Positions 1 through 27,096 of a stretch of DNA of 64,000 bases are shown here, piece by piece; the first letter of the stretch is position 1; the number at the start of each line of letters is the position of its first letter. A program made the position numbers and the translations under genes. Where the stretch lies: assembly GCA_964247055.1 (NCBI GenBank), contig OZ176051.1, positions 11,842,001-11,906,000 of the forward strand. Reading direction: 5' to 3'. The notes beneath the pieces were generated by a model, which made no database searches, was not told the DNA's origin, and saw only the letters and a list, made by a program, of their open reading frames with translations. This stretch comes from Paragordius varius. Its lineage: Eukaryota; Animalia; Nematomorpha.

Positions 1-193
1 TATAAATAAATTGAAATTCACTTAAGTTTTCACACCGACGCTTGGACACTCAGTTGTTCTAGAGTCAATTTTAATCTCAGTTCCAGTTTTATTTATTGTC
101 AAAAAAATTTAATACGGTTCGGCTGCCAAACTTTGAAATAATATTATAGTCATGTATACTTTATTTTATCGAAAATTTATTTTTTTTCGTTAA

Positions 194-656
194 ATGGGTA
201 TAAATATTTGGTAAAGAATGGAAAAAAGAGCTCTATGTTATTAACCAAACCATATTCATTAAAAAAGTAAAAGTGTGGGGGGAAAGCGTCGGAAATCTTT
301 GGTAAAAAACGAAAATACACTAACAACTAACCCTTCACTTAAAATTATTGTATAAAAGGGTTGGAAAAATCGTAATTTTTATCTCAATTATAATTTTTTT
401 GTTTTGATATGGGAACGATTTTAAAAGGGATATTCACAATACATGCTACCTTTAAAATTATTATGATTTTCCCGGTTCCGGTTCCAAAATTTCAGGAACC
501 GCCCGGTTCTATTTTCAAATTCTTAAGAACCAACGTGGTTCCGGTTCCATTCAGGAACCGACCCAGTTCCGGTTCCACTTTATTGAACCGGTTCCAAGCC
601 TTGGTTAATACCATAGGGCTCTTGTTTTTCATTCTTTGCCAAATAATTTTACCCAT
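194..656. mobile_element. Non-autonomous TIR element flanked by TTAA (termini ATGGGTA...TACCCAT), with an internal CCGGTTCC motif cluster
   Basis: TTAA at 190-193 and 657-660, with imperfect inverted termini of about 50 bp. The same termini recur at 36023-37287. Confidence 0.75.
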
Positions 657-1908
657 TTAAGGAAAAAAAAGTAAATTTTTAATAAAATAAAGGGTACATA
701 CATGACTGTACAGAAAATAAACATAGCAGATATTTTTTATTGTTTTGGTTTTCTCATAAATGAAAAGATGATTATGTTAAAAGTAAAGAGATACAGACGC
801 ATAAAAGCTAAAAGAATTTTTAATAAACAAACCATATTACAAATTTTCTACAAACTCTTTATTCCAAATTTAGGTTTTTTAATGAATAAATCAACTCTAT
901 TACTTTTTGCGACACAAAGGGATGATAATTATTTAAAAAATTGATATTTTGCAAATAGTTGCCCTTTTAAATATTATATATTTGTCTATTGCTTTTACCT
1001 TTTGTCTGTTTAATTTTATTTTCTTATATATGTTAGAATAATAATATCTATTAGAGTTTTTTAAAACAGGGCTTATGCAATCGCTTATATTCTTATTAAA
1101 AAATTTATTTTTATGAACTTGCAAAACATTATTGTTGATTAAAGACCCTATATAAACCATTATTAAACTATTTAAAAACCTTTATGATAAATTTTTAATT
1201 TGAAAGTTTAGTGCGTGATACCAATGTAAATCAAAATTTTTTTCAACTAAAAAATTATTCGTTCATTTATTCGTATATTGGGATAGGGTCACGAAACACT
1301 TTAATTTTTATAAATTCAAATATTTTAATCAAAAAATAAAGCCTTTAGTTGCTTTTGTCAAACATTTACTTGGCCGGGTATCAAGAATAATATAAATGTT
1401 TCCCATACTAGGAATGAGGGAGACAAAATGCAGTTTCGAAATTTATGTGATGCATCGTGCTATAAGTGGGGAAAACTTTATACCATTATAAAGGAAACGC
1501 AAAGTTTGGCTGATGATAGAGTAGAGTTGGAAAACATTGTTTATGTCGGTTGTGGTACAACTAAAATAGAGGTAAACGTTTCCTTTTATTCAATAAACGG
1601 TTTTTGAATCAATTTATAATTCGAAAGTCATTATAATGCATGTAAATAATGACGAAATAAAATGATAACATGTTATAACCACAAACGCAAATATAACAGA
1701 GTAGGCAATACCTGTGAAAAACTTGTATAGGGTAACATATATTTACTTGGTGCCCAAAAAAAATTTTATGAGGTCAACTAATAGATGTCAGCGAAAATAT
1801 CCAGACGATTAATTAGCACAGACTACACTTTGTTCATATGATAACATTAAATGACAATCACACACAAGTTAGTTTGCCAAAAACTAGCTCCTCTTGTTTT
1901 CAGTAAGC

Positions 1909-2345
1909 ATGTCACATTACCGAAAACAACATTTGCGACTTGAATTGCTTTTCCTCTTTTATAAGGAGAAAAAGGCCGCTGAGAGCCATCGTTTGCTGAT
2001 AGAATCATATGGTGCATAAGATCCATGAATTGTATTTGAAAAGGGTTTCGTAAATGTAGAATTTATGACTTCGATATGAAGAGAATGGGAGCTATGTAAT
2101 ACCACACAACTGCGAAGATAAGGTTCGAGTATTGGTTAGACCTAACTCAAACTCCAGGGTAATTGGCAGAATCATTATATACGAGCTATGGGACAACCAT
2201 TATACTCGGTCTTTATTTATTAAATCCCAAGCGAAAAAATACTCACTTTACATGCCAAGGCCAAGTCGTTTCGACGAGAATACAATTTTCTATGTGGGAC
2301 CAGCACTCTAGTATGTATTATAAACTTATCACGCTATGCAACCGT
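1909..2345 (+). mobile_element. Decayed mariner (Mos1-like) transposase fragment
   Basis: Translates as MSHYRKQHLRLELLFLFYKEKKAAESHRLLIESYG (mariner HTH), then DLTQT..LAESL and a CVWWD-like segment. It contains stops, frameshifts and deletions. Confidence 0.7.
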
Positions 2346-2369
2346 TAATACACACCGCTATACCATAAA

Positions 2370-2650
2370 TCTAATTCAAAGCTTGGACCATAAAACGTGA
2401 CGAAGGTTTGATAAACGCGCATTTGAACTATGGTACTGGCGGAAAGCTTCAGAAATAACATGGAGAGACAAAATAAAAAATTCAGTTCTCAAAAGATAAA
2501 TCCCAATGGCTCTACCGGTCATTGCCTCAAATCAAAGTTATCGTATTTTAGACATACTATTAGGGCATAAAATTTATAATCTAATCAAAGAAAGCGCGGC
2601 GTTGTAAAATACACTGGGAAAAAATTTTAACTTACAACACAAACTCTTTA
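2370..2650 (+). mobile_element. Decayed RTE-clade LINE 3' fragment
   Basis: WTIK..AFELWYWRKA..ITWRDKIKN..KLSYF motifs resemble the RTE copies at 50156-51018 and 56415-57218. Confidence 0.6.
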
Positions 2651-4345
2651 TTATAAATAATATCCCCTTACAACAGTTATTGGCGCCATTTATTTACGAA
2701 AACGCTATAAATCCATTTAGCTTCATACAATGCAACCTATAAACGACCGGAATGAAGCTGAAAGGATGGCAAAACGATTTGACTGTATGACAATTCATCT
2801 CGCACAGCAAAACCAGGACACCTTGCTTTAGGATTTTTTTCTTATTCGCTTACTCTCCTAACCTAACGAGTCTATTAACACTCCGCATCAATGGAGCACG
2901 TGCTGGCCAAGCTGGCCCGATTAATTTTAAATATGGTGGAAAATATGAGGAATGGATTTCCAGACAATCATTTTTCTATCATGTTATCCCAATAAAACAA
3001 TGGGCAATATTTTGAATAAAATAATTGAGTACCCTTTAAAATTTATATCTTTTTCCTGGGAATGTATTATTATCATGATAGTTTTGGGCTTTACGAGTGA
3101 TTTAAAAAGTCTATAAAAAAGCTAAATCTGTGCATATTATAATAATTTTTTGGTGGACTCTAAATCCTTCATTCCAATAAAATTTTAAAATAGATCATGT
3201 ATAATTACATGTCAACACCGAAAATCAAATTTTTGGACCTTCTGAAATGGATAGTTTTCTTAAATAAAGGCGGTCGAGATTTTGCGATATAATTTTTAAT
3301 ATATTCTTACGAAAATATTTTTTAAAAATGCATACTCATTTTAAAAATTTAATTATTTGCAAAATGTCAAACCGTTATATTTGGTATTTCTAAGCAAAAT
3401 GGAAACATTTTAAACAATTCAATTTATAAATCACTTTTCATATAATTTTATGATGCGTAACGTTTCTATCACCTCAAAATTCAGATTTAAACATTAGTTA
3501 ATTTTATATTTAATTTGAATTTAAAGGCGTTTTCTTTTTAATTCTGATGTTATAGAAATATTCAGGATCATTGAATTGTAAGAAAAATCGTCCGTTTTCA
3601 TTATGCTCTAAAATATTATATTTTGCTTAAATGTTAGTTGATAAATTTTACCATTTGAAAGCCCTAATTGTACCTCTAAAAAAAGTTTGTTAACAAGTTT
3701 AGGATTCTAAAACATAATTTGAAGTATTTGGCGGCTAATAGTTTGACATGGATTTTCATCGTTTTCTATTTTACGCCTAAAAGGCCACAATGCATATTTT
3801 GAAATTTTGTCTAGATTTACATAAACTTATTTACATTTGAAATTTTGTAGGCTACCCTCAAAATTAATCATATGTGAACAATAAAATTTTTAAGTTTAAC
3901 AATGAAAATATCTTGTAAAAGATAATGTTTAAATATGAATTAAGTGCTTAAGAGAGGAGTTGATAATTTGTATATATTATAATGAATTTTATACAAATCG
4001 ATTGTTTTTTCCATATACTAGCCTATTTTGCCAAATGGGGGGGAAATTACAATGCACATCGAAACGGACTAAAATGATCCTAATTTATCATGTTGCATTA
4101 AGCAGATAAATGTTAACAAAATATTTTTCAAAAAGTCATCGCATATTTTTACATGCAAATTTTATTGTGAAATTTGCTATAAACCAATATGCCAATGATT
4201 TTTTACGAATATTAAATGTCATATATAATAAATATTGTAGTATGTTATTCTAATATCCAGTAGAGAGAAATATTATTTTTGCAATTATAAATTTATTTAA
4301 TATATACAAAATAGAATTATGGAGATAGCATAATGTCGACTTTCC

Positions 4346-17934
<13,589 letters not shown>

Positions 17935-17954
17935 GTCGGTCGATATATCTGAGC

Positions 17955-18850
17955 TCTTTTTACGGATCTTACATTAAAACAACTGGAAATTCACATGTAA
18001 CCTGGATATTAAATATGGACAAAACCAAAGTTATGACAACATCCGAATTATCAATTAAAAAATTTCCTCTCACAATGGGAGAACTTGAAATAGTAGACAA
18101 ATACAAATACTTAGGAGTCTGGTTCTCTAAAAAAGGATGTATAGATCTAAACGCAATGAACAGATTGAACAATACCCAGGAAATATTCGGTGAAATGCGC
18201 CAACTCTGGAGTTCAAAAATTCTTAGCAAACAACTGAAATTACGACTTTTTAAGGCATGTATAATAACAAAAATTACATATGGCTTCTCAGTATGGCCAA
18301 TAAAAAGAAAAACCTTACACAGAACTCAAATATTCATCAACAAAGCCTTAAGGAAAATAATGGGATATTCCTATCAAAACCACTCATTAATATCCAATGC
18401 AGCACTTTACGCCGAAACAAAATGCATTCCCTTAGAATACGCTATCCCCCTAGCAGGATTAAATGTTATGGCACATCAAATTAAAAGATCTAACATAGGC
18501 CCACTGTGGGAAGCGCTATCATGGAAAGATAATAACACCGAAAATTACAAACAAGACAAAACTACTTGGCTAGGACGCATCTTAACATTTCTTTCAAGAT
18601 TCGATTTGAACGAAAACAAATTTATTCAGTTAGTTAAACAAAACAATTGGAAAAAAACGGCCGAAGAATGCAAATTACAAATAATTGCTATGTGTTTGTT
18701 AGACCACGAGGAAAAGAAAGAACAAAAAAAGCTTAGAAAAATTAAAAAATCAAGAACCGATAATGATAATATGTGGATAACGCTTACACTCGAGACCTTA
18801 GGGTTCCTTTTTTCTCTTTACTCTTCTTTGCGAAATTTAAAAAAAAAAAA
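17955..18850 (+). mobile_element. 5'-truncated RTE-like LINE with a 282-aa open frame (RT C-terminal part) and an A-rich tail
   Basis: ORF 18015-18863 contains KTKVM, YKYLG, KLRLFKACI..ITYG..W and LRKIMG. A-run at about 18839-18850. It lacks YADD and the endonuclease. Confidence 0.85.
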
Positions 18851-18865
18851 TATATATATTTAGTA

Positions 18866-18963
18866 CAGTAGCATATGGTAAATAATTCAAATAAAAATAA
18901 AAAATAAAGTTTATAAATTGAAATAGGTTACAAATCTTAATCTTTTCTTACCATACGCTACTG
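18866..18963. mobile_element. Tiny Tc1/mariner-type MITE (98 bp)
   Basis: TA-CAGTAGCATATGGTAA ... TTACCATACGCTACTG-TA inverted termini with TA flanks. Confidence 0.7.
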
Positions 18964-19314
18964 TATATAACGAATTTGATTTCCAAAACAGTCTAAACTT
19001 ATAATAATTTTTAAACTAAATTTTTTGGAACTTTAAAAACTGTACCTTAAATATATACGATAATATTAACTGAATCAAAATACTTTACGTACATCAAACA
19101 TTTTATTGCAAATAATTGGATTGGATTTAGAAATAACCATTTTTTTTTTCTTTTCTCCTTTGAAGATAACTAATTAAAACATCCATAAAATATAAATAAA
19201 ATATTTCAATATAATAAAGGTCATCCTAATAAATTTTTGAATAAATTTAAACCGATATAACTTTAAATATAACTTCCTTATTTATATTAGAATAAATCAA
19301 ACTTTTGTAATCAA

Positions 19315-19420
19315 TGCCCCGTGAAGGCTATGCTGTGAAGGGGATTGGGGAGTCTTGTGCAGACTGAAACTGTCAAGTTAGATTGATCTTGTTTCACCCC
19401 TGATACTGATACTGATACTG
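19315..19420 (+). repeat. GC-elevated island ending in a (GATACT)n tandem that runs into the SEH1 ATG; possible LINE/SINE 3' tail
   Basis: ...TTCACCCCTGATACTGATACTGATACTG|ATG; composition contrasts sharply with the AT-rich flanks. Confidence 0.45.
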
Positions 19421-21787
19421 ATGTTTGAAAATATTAGTCCAATTTCTGCGCTTCATAAAGACACAATATTTGATATTGCATTTGATTATTATGGAAAACG
19501 ATTGGCGACATGTTCAAAGGATCACACAATTAACGTATATTTTACCATAAGTAACTAGATATTTGATTACAATAATGATGATGGAAAATGGATATGTACG
19601 GCTAATTGGAAGGCTCATAATGCCCCAATTTGGCAAGTGAAATGGGCACATCCTGAATACGGACAAATTATAGCTTCATGTTCTTTTGACCGCACTGTTA
19701 ATATTTGGAAAGAAACCAGTAATAATTAGTAAAAGAGATAAACATTAATTTTCACTTAATACGCTTTATTACATAATGTTAAGAATATATTCAGGTTTTG
19801 CTGCAGAATTTACAAATTTATTTTTAAAGTTATGTTCGCTAATTTATATTAAATAAGGCTTTTCAGTTCTGTAAATTTGTTATACATTGAAAAAGCCGGT
19901 TAATTTATTTTAACCGGATATAAAAAATATATATTTTAAATAAGAACGGTGACATTAAGTAAATCACTTGATTAGGTTATTTTAATTTAAAAATACTTGG
20001 TAACATCTCAATATAACATTTATTTAATTTTCATATCACCTACACATTGTATATACATACATACCTATGATAATATTAAAAAAAGTGGTCACATAGAACT
20101 TCGCCCTTTAAAACCGTAACGGTTTGCTGTGTGTTCTTTTTGGGTCGCGCCTTTGGGAAGGTTGTAATGTAGAATCGTTTTTCTTCTTTTTGTTTGCATT
20201 ATCATTTATCAATATAATCTAGATCAGTGTTATTTAAACCACGGGCCACATGCGGTTTTAAAAGTTTCTATACTGATTCATTTATTTGTTTATACTCATT
20301 TAAAGTATAAATATCTGCATGTAAACAATTAGGCAAAAATTATTAAATCATATGAAGTACGGCCCTTGAGGCGAAAATGTTTTATTTGGCCCTTCAAATT
20401 TTTTTGGTGAGTACCCCACTGATTTAGATTATCGTTATCGTGATGAGCTCGTATATCATTATTGTTTGGAGTATTTTCATGGGTGGGTCAGCTATTTTGT
20501 GTCGGCGTATTTTTTACAACCCTTTCTATATCACGCTCTCTCAGTTGTCCATCATAAATCTCGCCCGCCCGAACCTAATTCGTTTTTTCTCTTTATCTGC
20601 TCGTTTATTATGGATTGGCGTCTAAGACGCTTTTCCAGGACTTTGGGTTTGTAATTCCATGCCAATAGATTGTAGGGTAATTTTTTAATCAGTAACTGAA
20701 AGGCGGTTTCTTTGGTCGTACAATAAACTGATTTTCGGTATGTCCATATGGTGTTAAAAGCTTCCTGTGAAATAATGTTGTGGGTTTTTATATCTTTTAA
20801 GAGTGGCGATCAACTTTTTTACCGTTCATTAACTTGGGATGTGGAGTTAGCGTTGTTTTACTCCAAACCATTCGATGCGAATGAAATACTGATTATTTAT
20901 TGACTTTTACAAAAGGTTGAAATAGCTTACCACACACATTACTTTTCAAACTCTTTGAAATCATAATTTAATACTTTAAACTTGATAATACGCAATATCT
21001 TCCGATTGTCAATTCCAATGCCCATGTTAAAAATCTATAATTTTGCATTTTTAAAATGCCTTACTATAAAGGTTTGTTTTAGGGTCCGAGAGTCGTAACT
21101 TGCGATAATTAGTCATATTTTAACAACTTTTCTTCCATTTCAAAAATGAACGATTTGAGTACATAACGCCCTTAAGCTCTTCACCATCCTAAAAGTAATG
21201 AATGAAAATAGTAGATATCCTTAAAGACAATAATTAATTAATTAAACATGACATTGCTGCTCAATAAGCCTTTTAAACATGTGATTAATTTACCAAAATT
21301 CCATATATAATACCATTTAAAAATATTTAATTTCACCTTTTCTACAAACGAGTACACATTCACTTCTAATGAATCAATCCCAAAACCAACTTAGCCGCGT
21401 CATCTCGTCTCCTCACGATAAATGAACCAACAGGTAATGCCAAAAAAATAAATTGGGTTTCGTGACATGGATATATATGGTAGGAAACAAACAACTATCA
21501 TACAACCAAATAAGGATAAAATTTTATAAAATAAATACGTCCAATTAAAACATATTTTTCCATTATTGCCATTTTTTCTAGTGATTATATGGATGATTCT
21601 TTTTCCAGGGTTATAGACTAGATATTTTATCTCTGAGATAAATAAAATTTTACACCAGCTCACAATTTGTATATACATTTTAACCCAACAGACGTTTGTA
21701 TGGATTAACTAGAATTAGATATATACCAACACCTTAAAATATGATGATTATTATGTATTCAGAGCTAATCTAGTTTATTTTTTGGTC

Positions 21788-21818
<31 letters not shown>

Positions 21819-24800
21819 TTGAATCATTTGCCAAAAAATATTTTCTACTAGATAATTTTCATATAGGTGCCATAAGCCATTTTTAATGCTTATTTTATCT
21901 CAAATTCATCGGTTTTTTTGAGTATATTACTAATTAAAACTCTTATGAAAAAAAATATATTTATATATTTTGTAAATTTTAATATACATATACATAGGTA
22001 TAACTCAAATCTCAAAAATTCCAATGAGTTTTTTATCACCAGCCAACAAAACTCATCAGTATCCTACTCAATGGATCAAAGTAGCTAGTTTAGTTGATTC
22101 AAAAAGCAGTGTTACCACCATAACGTTTGCTCCACATTACGATTTTCATATTTATTACAGGGAACATGTAAAATTCCCGGATTCAAAATTGACTTCTCCT
22201 AAAAAGTTTTTCTTTTTTTTGGAATTTTATGCATCAAAAATGAAATTATATAGACTAAACCGCAAAAAATATTAATATTTTTTTCAAAGCATCACCATAC
22301 TTGATATATATATATTATTTAATGGCGATTCTGATATATATAATTGATTGTGTTATTAATTTCACACTTTCCAATTTAAAACAATGAGTTAACCATAAAA
22401 TATCAAGTTGTACAGCGATCGTATTTAAAAAAAATATTTGTTCTTAAGTTTTTAATTAGGTTTTGTCCACGTGTAATTTCATTTTTTCATGTAATAACCT
22501 TATGACAAATTCTCCGAATTGCGTGGTATAATCATAATATATAAAAAATAATTAAATTATAAATGAATATATGAAAACTTATTTAACACACCATTACCTT
22601 TTGGGGTAGTTTTATACAGAGCGAATTAAATTTCAAATATCCCAAAAAAATTTAAGGTATTAAGGCAAATCAAAAATATGTTTTCTTTGGTCTTTTATTC
22701 GGATTATACGAAAAAAATCATCATCTCGAACTTTTTGCCGCTTTGTTTTACACTCGTTATATAAAAAAATTATTATGAATAAAGTTTTATACAACTAAAC
22801 ATAATCATTTGATATTTATATAATTTTTCCCATAGATCATATTTATTTAATCCTTGAATAAATTTTAAAAAAAACTAAAAAATATAAAAAACTATTATTA
22901 CTTTGGTTAGTTTTTTTCCTAAAAATCTCCCAAAAATAATATCTAGAAAAAATTATATAATCAACTATTTCCAAAAAAAACATTCTTCTAATTTTATCAT
23001 TGTAGAAAACGAAATTGAAAAAAATGTTAATATTGTTACATACCGAAAATGTTGAATTTTTTTGATTACTAACCACATAAATATAGACATTTAAACTGCA
23101 AAAATAATAAAAAATATGATAAAATAAGAAATTTTTTGTAAAATACCGATTTTGATATCTCTAATACAAGATTGTCGTCCGATAAAAATAGCTTTTGCAG
23201 GCCGCAGCTGACATATACATAGGCATTAATTACTTAATATTTTATTATATTTCAAACATAAGACTCTTAAATAGAAACACATTACTCTTAGAAAATTTGT
23301 TTAAGAGTAAGTAATATCAATTTTAGTAATACTAAAATGTTAGTATATCCATTGCAAATTTAGACGCCACCTATCAACCCTGTTGAATTATGTGAATGAA
23401 TATGATTTTGGGCTTTGTTTAATCACGGCAAGCAGTGATGGTATCTTGCGATTTTACGAAACGAATGACATAACTAATGTGGGTAATTGGTCATTAACCA
23501 AAGAAATTGTATACCTTACACCCGAAATTATAAGGGCAAATATTATGATGGCTAACTCTTGTGCGTTAAGGGATGAAAAAACTCATGTTGAATCTAATGA
23601 TGCCAAGTATATTTTAGGGGGATATTAATTAGAGTATGCATTTTAATGCTTGATTATTAACACTTCGATTCAAATTGGGGTATCTAAATACCCCAGACTC
23701 AAATTAGATTTATAAAAAACTACTGAAGGAAACGATCTCAATTTAAATATATGCTTCTATCCTAATAAAAATTATATAAATATCCCAAAATATTTAACTA
23801 AAATATTGTTTTGAAAAAAATGTTCCATGTCAAACTGCTTCGACGCCATTTTTATTTTACAAAATTTTTGCAAAATATCGTCTTCATTTAATTATAAGGG
23901 TAAAATTAAAGCTAAGTTTTTATTTAAATTACATCTAACATTGATAGAAATAAAAAAAGTGGTTTATTTTGTATTATTTTTTAATTTTACCATTTAACAC
24001 ATGTCACGTTAACGAAATTTTTACTACCTTTCGGTTTTAGCTTAAAATAAGTAATATCAAGTATTTTTGAATAAAATTTTTTATATATTTCGGATTAATG
24101 TTATATAAGTGCAAAATTTTGTCATGGTTTTTCCTTCTGTATTTTTTAAAGAATTTAATTTTAAGCCTGGGGTATCCAACTACCCCAATTTGAATCGAGG
24201 ACTGAATGAATGTGTTGTATCCAAGTGTTAAAGACACTATAGTTGTTGGGCAATTTGCAACACAGTGGTGTATGGATAAAACAATAAAATATTAAAAAAA
24301 CAATTTTATTACCTTTTCTTTTTCCATAAACTCCCGTGTTAAGAATTGCCCATCTATAGTGTGAAATAAGCAACCATTAAAATGCATTTGTATTATATCG
24401 ATGTATATTTGTTCAAATATAGAATTTTTTGTTTTTACTTTATATTATTTAAAATTCAGCAATCATTGAAATTTTATGTTTGATTACTAGAATAAATGTA
24501 AAAAATATAATTAAAATATAAACTGAAAATATATATACCAATATTAATATAAAATTGATTAATCTTTATTATAAATTCATATTTTTGTTTTATAAGTGCG
24601 CCTCCCTTACAACCTCGCACGAATCCCATTTATTCGGAAAACACCTTTAAAGAATCTGAATGCTTCATTAATGTTAATACTACATTGGCTTGGAGCACGT
24701 CACAGTATATACTATTTGCAAATTTTGAATTTCAAATTACAGTTACATTTTTTATATGATTATATTTAAAAAAGTTAGCTAATGTATTGTTTTAGTGTTG

Positions 24801-27062
24801 TAAAATTATGGGTTATTTTTGGTACGATATATTAGTATCATAAAAATACTTTTTAATATATATATATATATATATAAGATAAAATACGGTTTAAACATAA
24901 AAGTTAAAGTGTAAGTTTTTTTTATAAAGATATGCATAAATGTAAAAGCCTAACATTATCTGATAACACACAGATATATTATCAATCCATAGTTTTATAC
25001 CATTTGCACTTCAGTTGGTCCTTGAATACTTCAAGATGGTCCTTGAACACTTCAAGTTAATCTTTAAACATTCCAAGTTGGCCCTTGAACACTTAAGTTG
25101 GTCCTTAAAATTTCAGTTTTAATTTTTGCATTAATTATTTATTTTATTATTTTTTAACCTAATATTCTTTTATTATATATTTATCATTTAAAAATAAAAA
25201 TTTTATTTAAAAACCACTTTTTTGTTTTAAACTATCCAATTTAACAAAATTATTAACTTTTAAATGTTTTTAATGATAATTGGTAATTAATAACCCAGAA
25301 AACTAATATATCTTTTAATTTCATGTTAAAATCTTATAAGAAAATAATTTTAAGAAATTAATAAAGATATACGGTTTATGAATGATTAAAAGTTAATGAG
25401 GAGTTAAAATATATGTTTAATAAAATAGGTTAATAACGATAAAATAGATAAATGATATGCGATTTGATTGATAAAACTTAAATACAAAAAAAGTTAAACG
25501 ACCAACTTGAAAAAACTTTCAAGGGCCAACATGAAGTGTTCAAGGACACTCTTGAAGTGCAAATGGTATATCTAAAAGGCTTCTATGGTTACGGTTGTGA
25601 AGTAGGAAGTTTAAAATACTGCCTATATTTAAACATCCTCAGGGAAGGATGCCCAAAACGCTTTATTCAGTACGCAAAACTTGCTATTAAAATGTCAAAA
25701 AATGGATTTTAATCACAAATTTACGATTATTTAGCAGATATATAATCCAAAATGGGCTTAAAATAAATAAAGAAACGCAATTATCAAAGCATCCCGCAAA
25801 TATTTGTGTTACACACCCCTGTTCTAGCTCATTTATAGGGGCTTATAGAAAAAAACTTACTATGAAAATAATATTGTGCCTTTCTATCATGCACGAAATG
25901 ATGTTTATAACATTTTAGGAGCTGTCTTAGACAAGAAAATTTCAATTAACCATTTAACCTTTTGCATATATCTAATTTTTTACGTATTCTTTATTGGTGT
26001 GATTACTACATAGAATACTTCCACCTCTCATAGCTATTGGCATAGATAATAGTTTAACACCAAATCTTTTGTCTGTGTCAAAAAATTGCCAAAACTCAAT
26101 GATGCCAGGAAAAACGGGGAATTACGTAAAGTCACAACATAACAGAAAAACTGATTTTAATAATCTTTTGGAACCAAATATGGACATGGAGGATGAGCCA
26201 ACATTCTTTGGCTGCCTACAAATTTATCAGTGTTTTGAGGGTGGAAAGTATATATATATATATATATATAATTTAAATTTTAAAGTTGAAAAACTTAGAT
26301 ATTTCAAACTTAGTCTTGATTTTCTTTGATATAACTTAACTTTGAAGAACAGAGATGTAAATTGGTAGCATACTCAATTTTACACACTTTACACTTTTGC
26401 AGTATTATTAGAAAATATTAAAGATTAAAAAATATGGTTTACTTTATATAAATGCATTTTACTACTTTTCAATCTTAATAAGTATATTTTTACTTGCTAT
26501 AAGTATTAACATTAATTTTATCATTAATGTATCTGGGCAAATTGATGATTTAATATTAATAACTTTGTAATGATATTACACAATTCGAATAATAACATAC
26601 AAACGAAATTTAAATTTTCCTATGATTAGGGGTTTGAAACACTTAAAAACTAATATGTTTGTAGATATTAGTACATATTTAAAATCGAAAAAGTACACGC
26701 ACTAATTAGCACGAATTAATTAGTCTATAAGAGAAAAAGGTTTTTATGCATGAATTGCCTCTTTATACCTATATAAAACTTAGGAAATGGATCCTTGTTG
26801 AACCTAATCTCGGTTCACACAATGCACCAATCAAGGATGTAAAATTTGCACCTGACATTGGAAAAGATTATCACATATTAGCAGTATCTAGTGGTGAAAC
26901 AATACTAATTTATGGCTTACAAATCCCTGGCTTATATAGCAATCACAACTTTAATATCTCAGATGATGATGTGGAAAACAAGGAAGATTATGGAAAAAAT
27001 GTAAATTATTATGGTGGTATGAATAATGAATCCTTATACCAAGCTTTTAAGCACAATAAAAG

Positions 27063-27096
<34 letters not shown>

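Noticed and set aside
1340-1560. Possible Ty3/gypsy integrase remnant (QTFTWPGIK)
   Set aside because: A single short motif with no LTR or other domains.
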